Source of the DNA: Paragordius varius | Lineage: Eukaryota; Animalia; Nematomorpha | Direction of reading: 5' to 3' | NCBI GenBank assembly: GCA_964247055.1 | Contig: OZ176054.1 | Span: forward strand, 1,922,001-1,986,000 | Length of the DNA: 64,000 nt | Shown here: piece by piece, positions 12,301-24,005 of the stretch | Numbering within the stretch: position 1 is the first letter of the stretch | How the letters are laid out: each line of letters opens with the position of its first letter | Translations under genes and position numbers: made by a program | The notes under the pieces: generated by a model | The model's database searches: none | The model's input: the letters and a program-made list of their open reading frames with translations, nothing else | What the model was told of the DNA's origin: nothing

Positions 12301-14076
12301 GAACAGGATTTAAAACCAATAATACTGTTACTTATTAGTGATTTTGATTGATTTTGCTTTGATGGGTTTTACCTGCCTGTGATTTACTTTTAAATTTATA
12401 TATTGGTATAAAATATTGATATTAATGTTAATAAAATACGCTGTTTATATTGTTTGATAATAAAATATTGTTTAATAATGTTTTGTTTGAGGACAAAATG
12501 ACTTTTTAAAGCTTAATTCTGTCTAAAAAAACCGCAGATGGCAGAGCAATTAAAATAATGCATCCTGAAAAATTTAACATTTCAAAGTTTTAATTTTAAA
12601 AAAGTACCATCTATAAAAATAAAAAAAAAATTAACTTACTCATTCATAAAACACGTACAATATTCCTAAGGATATATCATAACTTAGATATAAATGTATT
12701 TGGAAAAAATCAAGTGTCCCCCCTGTAAAAGTTTAAGTAACTTCCTTTGTACGACAACAAAATGAATATATTGTATCGTACTTTAACAATGGTATACATA
12801 ATCTAAGAATTATAACTAATCCTATTAAAAACATATTTTTAATATTTTGAAATCTTTTTGTAATAAAATATTATATTGTTTTTTTAAAAAAACTTTTAAA
12901 TATTTATTTTTTGTTACATATGACCCTTTTCACACCAATTTGTTAGATTGACTGACAATAATGATGAAAAAATATCAAAATAGGGATTAAGTAAATAAAA
13001 AAAAGTAAAATAGAAAGTTTTTTACCTGTAATTATATAAAAATTATATATAAATAAATAAAGGTGTGTGTATGATTATATATTTTAATTCATTTATCTTT
13101 TATAAAAAAAGTTAAAAAAGTAATAAATTTTTTTCAAATTATCTCTGCGCTAAATGAAAAAATAAATATAAAAAGACCGCAAACATACACCTTTATGCAT
13201 ATTATTTTATTAACATTATAATTTAAAACTTATCTAAAATAATTAAATATTTAAAAACTAAAAACCACAAAAAATGTAAATTAAAATTTAACAAAAATCC
13301 TAAAATTAAAACGCAAAAAGTGCTGACGTGTAGAAAGAAAGAATAAAAAGAAGATTCAATTCTCTTTTATTTGTTTGCTTAGCACAGGAGAAAATGCTGC
13401 TAATATTTGTTTGAGAAGAAGCAAACAATGCAAATAGAAATTCTATACGATAATATATGTATATTGCAATAAAACCAGATACTTTAACAAAACCACTATA
13501 TATATAACAATAAATGAATTTATTGCGTAAAAATCAATTTGAAAATGGTAAAAAGTTATAATTTTAATTATAATCCATTAATAAACTGAAATTATGAGAG
13601 AAAATGTTTATTATATGTGAGAAATTAAAACATAAATTTTAGTAATAACTTAATGTATCTTCCATAAAGCGAATAAACCCTAAAAGCATCCTCAAAACAA
13701 ACATGATTCATAATAAAACCCAATCAATTCAAAAAAAACTAAAAATTAACTCGATAAAACCAAAGTCTCAAATTATTTGCTAAAAAAACTTAGCTTAACT
13801 TACCACAACTTTGTATTTGTAAGCCATGACACAAGCCGTAAGTTCCAACCCCAGGAGGATAAATAAGAACAAGGCCAACGTTCCAGGCAAACATCGGTTG
13901 CTATAGCAACAGCAGGTGGTAAAGGCGGTTAGAATCCCAACCACAAGTAAAACAACCGCTAAACCAAATATGGCTGTGGTAGGAAGTAGCGCAAACTCAG
14001 CATTCCGAATATCCTCATAGTGTGAGTATGCTGAAAAAATCCATACGGTTACGAAGAAAAGGGCGGCGGATATAGC
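9347..14076 (-). CDS. Tetraspanin, TSPAN3-like (TM1-encoding 5' exon not located)
   Basis: Exons 14076-13804 (AISAALFFVTVWIFSAYSHYEDIRNAEFALLPTTAIFGLAVVLLVVGIL...LELTACVMAYKYKVV), 10950-10687 (EC2 with KCCGIYNYTDW and VPSSCC), 9864-9781 (GCY...) and 9445-9347 (TM4, tail with YRVL motif). All phase 0 and GT-AG. Confidence 0.9.
10250..10560. mobile_element. Small inverted-repeat element (MITE-like) in a tetraspanin intron
   Basis: aaacgtaaaaatataaggacaaatattttt (about 10285) is inverted at aaaatatttgtccttttatacttacgtttt (about 10495). Boundaries are approximate. Confidence 0.5.
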
Positions 14077-14981
14077 CTATTTATTTAATTAAAAGGTAAA
14101 AAGTTGTTTTGTTAATAATAAATCTTATAAATCATATATATTGTATCGTGTTAAGAGAGGTTTTATTAATGGCAGCCCAAAAAGTATACTTTAATTGGTG
14201 GATAGACAAAAATTGATTGTAAGGACCAAATTCATAAAAGCATTCTAAATTCACCAATTAAAAAAACTTTTGATGAGTACCGTATTATCAATGATAATAA
14301 ATTTATGGTTAAATTCTAATTAATTTAATTAACAAAACGAAACTGCTTAAAGGTAAACACAAAATAATTAATTTTAAATGAAAATTTATGCAAAAATTAA
14401 AACTACCTCGTCATCGACTATTTTTATCTATTTAACACTTTTTAATCAAAATGAGATATTATAAATAAATTTATCCCGTTACTAATGTTTTTTAATTTTA
14501 ATGTAAAATTAAATATGGTAAAGTTAAACAATTTACAAAATTAATTGTTAGTTCCAAGCAATATTATCTAATAAACTGAAAACACTCACCCTGAAGTAAA
14601 AATAACTAAATAAATTAGGACAAATCAATATTAATAATGTTAATTCATTGCATCTCCGTTCCTTTCCCCCCTTTTATGGAATATAATTTTTAAATCATTG
14701 ATTATGTAAATAAAAAAATGGTTTAAACTGGTAATTTTTATATAAAATAAAATTTGTTTGACATTATGTTGTAATTATATAAAGTATCGTGATAATTAAT
14801 GCTTAATATAATAATTATATTAAAGCAAAAATATGTTTGTCATTGTCACAAACAATATTTTTTGCATTGACCATAAAGCATCAGCAACTGTGTAAAAAAC
14901 AATTACCGGATTAAATTTTGACGCAACTATAATTATTAAAACTTTAAAAATAGATATCTTAAAATATATTTTAAATAAAAA

Positions 14982-17900
14982 ATGGCCAATAAAATAGAGA
15001 ATTCCGATTTGTAAATGAAAACTCCAAGAAAACAAAAAAGGCAAAATAATAATAAAATAATATTTATGAATACAAGAATTTGGTATAATTAAACAAATAT
15101 TTAAGAAAAATTAAGGTTTTTATAAAATATAATTTAAATTTAAAGATGTACCAAAAATACGACGGATATTAATCCAAGAATACTCCGCAGAACGGGAACC
15201 AAAAGCGATGATTTCATGTATAGTGAGATAGATAACAAAGATATGTAAAGTGTTCACCTGTAAAAAAACTTATAAACATGTGATATTTAAAAAAATATAT
15301 TTTTATTTAAAAATTTTATTAATTATATTTTTAATTAGTATTTTGTCATTTTGAATTTTTGAAAGTTCAAATTTTAAAAAAATGTTAAGCCACCAGCCAA
15401 GTGCCGAGTTGAGGAATTTTTTGAAACTGCCAAAAGCATCGAACTGGCTTTACTATGAATGGTTTTATTCAGATATGGATAGAGCTCTTTTTTCGATGCG
15501 AAATGATTTTTGGCTTTGTTTTAAAGCTACTTTCCCAAATCTTCATATCAACCAATTGAGTAAACATGAATGGCGATATGTTAGAAGGTGTTTGGGGAAA
15601 CCACGCAGGTTTAACAATATAGTAATTTTAGGTGTTCCCATGCATTTTTTAACGAAGAGCGTAAATCTTTAAAACAAAAGCGTGATAAAATGAGAAGTAT
15701 TTGGCAACTCGATTACGATAAAACGATGAACATAAAATCTATAACATCTATTGGCCATTTCATAAGTATTATTTAGTATATTTGCATTATCATACAATTT
15801 AAATTATTTATCTCTTTTTTACTATTTTTAAATTTACAAGGTTACATACAGTAAACGCTAATATTAATGTATTTATAGATCAATTGAGTTCTGATGTACG
15901 TACATCACCGGAAGCGACTACCAATGCATTAATCAGTGAATACTTTTTAGCGGATATCCCGGCTTGTGTGCCTCATCCCCCCATCATTGGAGCCAAGGTT
16001 ATAGCTCGTATAAGGGAACCCTGTACAGGTTTACATTCTTACTTTGGGGGAATTTTTCTGAATTATTTTAATATGTATTAAAACTGTTTTTAATCGAAAA
16101 TTTTTAGTTTTTACAGTTTTTCATACTACGAATTTTTTTACTTCTCAAGTCTTATAGTTTTGAGTAGATATTAAGAAAAAATGGAAGATTTAAATGGACA
16201 AATATAATTATTTATTTATTGCTTTAAGCGAGATATAATTTCTATTGTATATAACAACACATTTATATATGAAACACTCGAATCGTATAGTTTCATATTT
16301 CGCTTTACTTATTTACCAATATTATGTGTGTTCTATCATCGTCGCATAGGTATGTATACGGGCCGTATCGTAGCCATAGATCATTGGGCCTGGCAGTATA
16401 GAGTGTGTTTTGATCAACCATTCCTGGGTACTCAAAGCGTGCCAGATTATGAGATTCAATCTTGGAAATGGTATGAACCAATAATGGCATCTTTCAATAT
16501 TTTTGATTCTTATCAATCGTCTGCTACCAACGCTTTTGAAATCAACAACAACAATAATAATAAAAATTTTGCAAACGAACGAAATATAATTACGACGAAT
16601 GGGACTCATCTAATCTCCAACAAGTATTGTATTATATATTCCGTTAAAATGTGTCAAATTATTATTTGAGAATCAATATAAAGACAATTTACTAAATGTT
16701 TACCATTGGGTAAGAATTAGTTGAATTTATTACCTTATCTATCTAATCTTTATTTCCCAAATAAAAAATCAAAATAAATATGGTTGTTTTTTCATAAAAT
16801 ATTAGTTTTTTTAGCTTTTACGTTTGGTACATATAATTTTAATTTTACTCTAATTAAAATCATGTATATGAAAATTTTTATCTTAATAATTTAATATTGT
16901 TAGATTTAAAGTTTTGGGTTCCCATTCAATGCAAACAGTCGAGAGTACGGATAGCATCCCTAGTTCCTACAAAGGTTTCAAATTTAGCAAATTTATGCTA
17001 TGTTTCAATTTTAAGTTAAAATATTACTCGAAACAAAATTTATACTCTGAATACAATTTTTCACTTATAAATATGTAATTTGAATCATTTATGGAACGTC
17101 ATAGGTTTTAAAATTATATATATTTTTTAAACATTTTTTTAAAAAGTTAGCACCTTAATTCTATATATATATATATATATATACCCATTTCATAGATTTA
17201 AACTTGTTTGCGTTATTTGTTCATTTTTAGGTTCGTCTACGCCGCAACCACAACCGTCTCAATTAAGTACGTTGGATGTGGCTTCAGTCGTTAATTTACA
17301 TGCTCATTTAACATCATCTACGCCAACAATCGGTTATTTACCCGCAAACACGACCCTAATTAATAACGCGACACCATTTTGGGTTAATGCACACCAATCG
17401 AATACTACCTTTTCTCAATTGCTAAATGGACAGTCTTCTAATGTATGTGTGTCATCCATCCTACTTAATACTGTTAAAATTAAAATTTTACACAGACAAA
17501 AAGGGTGCAAAGAAATATTTGTTGCATATAAACTTTGATATTTCCTGTTAAACTATAAAATTAAGTGTGTTACCAATTTACATATATATATCCAATTCTG
17601 CAACACAAAATTAACCTAAACAAAGAGTTTACAAAAATATGGTTTTATTTTTTGAAAAATATTTTCAATTGAATTTTTACGCTTTGTCCGTATTATTACA
17701 ATTTTTACTGAATTCATTAATAATTAGGAACAAAGGTTAAATAATAACCAGGCTTCTCAAATGACGGCTCCAACACCTGGGACACCCCATTTCATATATT
17801 ACAAGGAGCAATCGCAGGATAAAACCATTATACATTTCCAAAAATCGAAAGGTAGAGAGCGAAAATGATAGATAGATAGCTAGATAGATATATGCCTTAT

Positions 17901-19849
17901 ATTAATATTTAATTTCTTTTTGCGCTAAAATCACTGAGATTTGGGCATTGTTACAAATGATATAAATATTGTCCACAATGAGTGTTTTGCAAATTAATTT
18001 TATTTGGATTATATATCTCTCCATAATTATTCGCTAGTTTTTATAATATTTAATTACTAAATGATTATTGCAATAATAATTGAGTTAAACAAATTTGGAA
18101 AATTTTATTCCATCGCTTAGATTATCCCACACAAAAGATACCAGGAATTATTGGTGCAAACAATGGGTTATTATCACATTTCGTGTCCCCGTTGAAAACA
18201 TCAAACCTCCTTACTACAACAAACGACAACAATGTTAATGTAGATGGTGGGGCAGTTACTGGTTTAAAAGGTTTTTTTCTATGAAAAAAGAATATATTTC
18301 TTTCTCGAATAAATTTATATTGACTCATAATTTTAACTACTACACAAAATAATCTACTACTATTCATCAATTTAAAAATTTTTATTACACAGTAGCTATC
18401 CCTTCATCGGTACCTAAGGTGATTGGGAACGCCACGACCATACTTAAAAACACTTCACCTGTGAAATCGTTGCTGAATAAAGCTCTGTTAAAGGCAGCCT
18501 CTATGGTTAATGAATCCTCCAAACAACAGAGAGCAATTGAATTAAATATTAATAATGCTGTAGTATCAAATCCTATTAATTCCAACGATCACGTTAATAA
18601 TGCCTTAGCATCGGATTTAATAAACGATGCCCGATTATTTCATTTACCCCCTAACCATCAACACTCGACATTGGTATCGTCTCCTTCGCCCTACCTTACT
18701 CTCAGTGATTCACGAAGGAATTTAATGAACCGTTTAGCTAACACTTTAACGGCCAATAGTCCAGACACTTATCGTATGCTAGTGACTGAACGTTTAAAAC
18801 AATTACAAGCAAATTATGTTAGAGTTAATACTTCCTCTTCAATGGTAGCAAATAATAATGAGGATAGTAATGTAAAAGATTACCTTAAATTAGAGTTGGT
18901 CATTCGTTTATCGGCACTGGCTAAAGCGTTTAGAATTAAAATGGGCCACATAACTGCCCTACGGGATTTGAATGATAAGGCTGAACGATTCCAAAGTACC
19001 ACACCTAATGGTAAAACTATTACGAATGCGACCACACATGATGCGGTTGGAAATAATATAGTAGTATCTCCATCTCAACTGTATCCTTACTCGTTTAAGA
19101 AGAGTTACGCGAACCTTATTATGCTTATACATCACACGAATGAATTGATTGCCCAACTATTTGATGATGTTAAGTTGCTTGAGGCTAGGTTTAAAAAAGA
19201 TATTTGTCAAGATCATGTGAATGGAAATATGGTTATAAATAAAGGCATTAAACGCGAATTTGATTATAACAAATCTACCTCCTCGGATCCTTACTACGAT
19301 CATGCTACAACTTTAGTACAAAAACTAATTAAAAACAATGCATCAACTTTCCCACTCTTTGAAGGTTTTGTTGATAAAATGCATACCTCATTATCTAACA
19401 AGATTGAAAATAGATTACCCCAAGTTTTAAGCTCTCATATGCCATCTGCTAGCAATATAAACGGGAAAAACAAGAATGTTGATCGTATTGAACAAATGCT
19501 AAATTTAATAACTCATTATACCTCGTTATCACTTAGACTGAAATCGGGACCCTCTACCCTTCAAAACACATATGATGGCGTAAAAGAAGGTTTTTTAAAA
19601 ATTCAGTTTTTTACTTTACATTTTTTTATTGACTGACAATTTTTAAACATTAATATATTTTTAGAAACAGAATCGTTAACCCCAACACCCCAATATGTGC
19701 CCGATTTCGAGGAATTGATGCGTAAAGTAAAATCTATAAAATCTACCATACTAATGCAAAACGCTCAAAATCAAAATCATTTCCAAGATAATGTTGAGAT
19801 ACACCTTAATCATTTACGACAACTTATGTCACAGGATAGACATATTTAG
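14982..19849 (+). CDS. LIN9: LIN-9 (MuvB/DREAM complex subunit), 12 exons, 944 aa
   Basis: Exons 14982-15010, 15146-15244, 15366-15608, 15632-15765, 15879-16028, 16350-16623, 16904-16974, 17231-17442, 17752-17851, 18121-18261, 18393-19589 and 19665-19849 (2835 nt). DIRP region LRNFLKLPKASNWLYYEWFYSDMD...LGKPRRCSHAFFNEERKSLKQKR; Tudor-like IGAKVIARIR...GRIVAID...YRVCFDQPFLGTQSVPDYEI; C-terminal FQDNVEIH. Confidence 0.93.
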
Positions 19850-20339
19850 TGGAGTCATGTCTAAAAGGGATAATAATTAATCTTTTATTAAATTTTTATA
19901 CTAATTACCAATTATTACTAAATTATTTATTTAAGATTTTGAATGTTTATATTTAATGGTTCCTTATCTTTATCTCATATGTTTGGTTTTTATTTTAATT
20001 TTTGTCTCCTACACGATTTTCCAAATGTTTTGCATTTAAAAGTTAAAAAAGTATTTTTTCCATATATGATTGACTCAAATGTTTTTAAATTGAAATAATT
20101 CAATTCTAAACATTGGTAATTTAATTCAAATGCAAATTTATCTCTGATTTTTATACACATGTCACTCTACATTTGTCGATTAAACTTAAATATTGATTAA
20201 TTAGTCTTATTAGATTTTTAGATATAAGTGATCATATAAATTTATTAATTTATCGATTGTAAATAATAAATTTATAAATATAATAGATATTTTAATTAGT
20301 TGGCTTAATTATCTAATTGTATTCTTATATTACACCAAA

Positions 20340-22450
20340 AGATGCATGACTCGTTTTATAATTCTATTTAAAATATAATTTGAGGTTTCGACAATTTGTT
20401 TCACAACTTGTGAGTTATAAATTTAATATATTGTCGTTATATTCAAATTTTTTGCAATATAAAGATGTTCAGGTTGGGAAGTTTACCGTCATTCCATCCG
20501 ATAGATTCCGTGACCTATTGGGGTAATTTCATCCAGGCATAATAGTCTCTATGCATGACATTGTTTCGATTGATATATAAACCAAAAGTAGTCAATAAGA
20601 CCATTTTTAAAAAAGATTTGGCTTTTTATAAAGTAATAATACAGCTTTTCATACATAATGTAAATTGATGCAAATGATCGCAAGATTTATCATTTACCTC
20701 AGCACTATACCAATTATGGACAAAATGTTTAAATAGTTTTACCATACTTTTAATCCACATTACTTAAATAGTGATAATGCGGAGGCTCGAATAAACAATA
20801 TATTTTGGGGGTATGAATAAGCATACTTAGTTCGATCAGAACAACTTGTCTTTTATTATTATACCTGTATAGTTTAATAATTTTATACAAAAATGTCCGA
20901 AGACGCATTTACATCTAATCTGGAGATGACAATGATATGAAATACATTAATTACGAATCCATGGATCACGTGGATCATTATCAAAAAAATTGAGAAGATG
21001 ATTAGGCAACTCGTTGATGTTTTAACAGCCAAATATTTATCCATACTCTATTACTTAATAATTTTGATACCAATAAAGGCAAGCCTACATTAAAAGGTGC
21101 GAGTTTTCCTAGCTCGATAGTCAGAAGGGGAGCCAAGTATAGCTGTGTGCGGATGGGCCGTTGCCCGATAAAATTTTTTAATAGTCGCTATGTTGCTCTA
21201 GATTTAAGATTTTAGCGATCGTTTAAGCATAATTTAATAGCTTTCTGAGGCATAACGTAAACATTGTAAAGACACTTTAATATATCATAAAAACACTTTT
21301 TCCACATAATTTTATGCTGATGAAGACTCCTATCGCCTAAAAATTATAATTAGAAATTTGTTTGCCTCCAATTAAAAGTTTTTCCTTAAAAAATCTACTT
21401 TAAATAATAAGGCAAACAACTATTTGTAAAATCTGAGCTAATACAAATCTTCGGCAGCTTCGAATTATATGAACTTCAATTTTCAATATAAATTACATCT
21501 CCCATAAAATACTTAATGTATTGGCAAAATTAAAATTTATAAACCTGCGTTTTAACTTATTTATTCAAAATCAAACATACATTAAAAAATCTTATCGTGT
21601 AATCTCGGCTCATCTGTAGGAATACTTACACTCTCGGGCCATTTAAAACTTAAGATTATTGATGTTATGTTACAATGTATAACATATTTAATAATTGTTT
21701 TTGGAATGAAGGATATACATTTCGCCAAAATTTATATATTTATTTTGAAATCCTCATATGATTGATTCATGCCCAAAACATTACTTAAATCATGATACTT
21801 TTTTCTAGCCAGGAAATAGTGAATTCGTTGGTTATGATAAACACTCTTTTACATCCTGGAGTAGTTTCGAAAAAAATAGAGTTTCTAAAAACATCTTTGT
21901 AAGAAAATCCATATATAAAGATAAAAAAATCATCTCAAACTCTTACGCGCCCTTTTACATTTTTAATGGCAAAGAAACTGACAAAAAGTTTTATATATTA
22001 GCAAACAAAATTAATGTACTTTAGTTTGTTTATATTAAACCACATATTATAATATTTTTTTTTCAAATCAGACCTCTGTATAGAGTTGATGGGAGGGCTT
22101 ACCAAACTTTAAACTCTAGAAGAGTAATGTTCAGAATAATGGCCCCGTACCGCATTAAAAAATATAACAAATGGAGAATAATAATTAATTTATCATTTTT
22201 CAATAATGGCACTGTAAATTTGCGATCACGATATATCTATATCGTTGGCAAAATTGAAAATATAATCTTCACAAATAACTAAAAAATCAAAATGTTGTTT
22301 ATCTTCATTATATTTGAATCGCTCATGTAAAAATCCAATGTTTTTCGCCGCCTTTTGCTTTTTTTAAGTTATAAAAACATCAGGCAAATAAATGTATGAG
22401 AAATATAAATAACTTTGGAGAGCTTCAAATTGCAATGACCATCAAATTAA
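20340..22450 (-). pseudogene. Heavily decayed DNA-transposon transposase relic, possibly hATm-like
   Basis: GC-richer block with stop- and frameshift-broken peptides (IHYFLARKKYHDL, FKWPESV, IGGKQISNYNF*AIG..LHQHK, LYLAP, ELPNHLLNFFDND, QVVKQ) in the order expected for hATm motifs (LACRHH, W..ID, LGG...PGA.HHARW, WF.AP, EL..LAFFD, LQVV). Similarity is weak. Confidence 0.35.
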
Positions 22451-22556
22451 TATTTATTAATATTAATATCAGTTGTTCGTTTTAATTGTTATGAGTTTTA
22501 GCTAATACAGGAGAAGAGGGTTTGATAATTAATTTTAATCAGTACAATTTTCAAAA

Positions 22557-22760
22557 CAGGAGTTTCTAGCTTAAGCTTTGGGGTGGAAAACTTCCAAATG
22601 TCAACGGATACAAAAATGAAAACAAAATGGTGTTAAAAAGTGTTTTTATTCAAATTTTATCATTACTAAGATATTTCTAAAATTATAAAATATCGTAATT
22701 CATTTGGTTTTTATTTCAAGTTTTTTGTAGTGCCATGCGGCCTTATTTTGGACACCCCTG
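22557..22760. mobile_element. hAT (Charlie-like) MITE remnant
   Basis: Right end gccatgcggccttattttggacacccctg is the reverse complement of a CAGGGGTGTCCAAA-type TIR; left end caggagtttc is decayed. Confidence 0.55.
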
Positions 22761-22993
22761 TTCTAAGACACTGTAAAATAAAACCATTTTTTTCTAATTA
22801 TAATGGGTATCATTGATCAAAAACGAGTGTTATATTAAAGAATCTGATTGATAAATCATATTTAATTACAATTTTTTGGCTCTGGGATAGTTAGCCCTTA
22901 TTGTATCATTTATTTGATTTATGACAAATCTGTTGCTGATTATGGTAGGAAAGTTTGTTTCATTTATAAAGATATTATTTATGGCTGAAGAAC

Positions 22994-23165
22994 AGTGACC
23001 CCAGACTGCAGCGCACGGGCTGCAGGCGGATTAAAAACGCTTTTTGCGGCTCTAATTAATTTTCTGATTATTCAAAATAACTTATGTGTCAATGAGATAT
23101 GCAATGTTTGTCGGTATTTATGGTGCACGGAACGGCCCTTGCAAAAAAGTTCTTTTGGCACCCCT
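22994..23165. mobile_element. hAT (Charlie-like) MITE remnant
   Basis: cagtgaccccagactgcagcgcacgggctgca ... cggcccttgcaaaaaagttcttttggcacccct; GC-rich termini typical of this class. Confidence 0.5.
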
Positions 23166-23348
23166 TCATTTTTGTGAGTACCACTTCTGTAGGATACATA
23201 CTCTTTATATATTATTTTTAGGATATAAAAATTTGATAATTATTTTTTAGCCAAAAATGAAACAAACGCCACTAAAAACTCCAGTGTTTTTGATCATATA
23301 ATGTTTTTTAATTATTTATTTACAATCAAAATATTTATTTTAACAAGT

Positions 23349-23915
23349 CCATTAAGACTTCGTCTCAAATTGGGTATTTTAATACCCCAGGCAATATTCA
23401 ATTAATTATTTTTAAAAAACTACTAAGGAAAAGAGTCCCAATTTAAATTTATGCTTCTAACCTCATAAAAATTATATAAATAAGCCGAAATATCTCAATA
23501 AAATTTAGTTTTGAAAAAGAGTTTCATGCCAAACTAATTTGGTGGTTTTTTTATTTTACAACATATTTGCTAAATATCGTGTTTATTCAATTTTAAAGCT
23601 GAAATCAAAGATAATTTTTTATTAAAAGCACGTCTTACATTAATAGAAACAGATAAAGTGGTTTATTTTGTATTATTTTTTATATTAGCTAATGCACATA
23701 TGTCAGGTTGATAAAATTTTTACCATTGAATTTTAACTTTAAATAAGTAATATCAAGTATTTTTTAATTCATTATTTTATAGATTTTGGTTCAATAAATG
23801 TTATATAAGTGCAAACTTTTGCCAGGTTTGAATTCCATATTTTTTGGAGTATTTTATTTTGAACAGGCCTGAGTATCCAACTAACTCAATTTAATTTGAA
23901 GGACTGAAATGAACG
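23349..23915. mobile_element. Non-autonomous TIR element (copy 2 of 6244-6757)
   Basis: Collinear with 6244-6757 (e.g. aaaattatataaataagccgaaatatc, ttagctaatgcaca, tataagtgcaaacttttgcca, gactgaaatgaa). Confidence 0.75.
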
Positions 23916-24005
23916 GTTGTACCTTAAAGAAAGTAAAATATTTATCCTCGAATCCCAATATGATAAACACACTGAAATAAACACTATCCTTAAATCATAT
24001 GTAAA

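Noticed and set aside
15015-15082. MKTPRKQKR... as the LIN9 first exon
   Set aside because: Splicing its only donor (TG|gt) to the 15146 acceptor creates TGA; exon 14982-15010 joins in frame instead.
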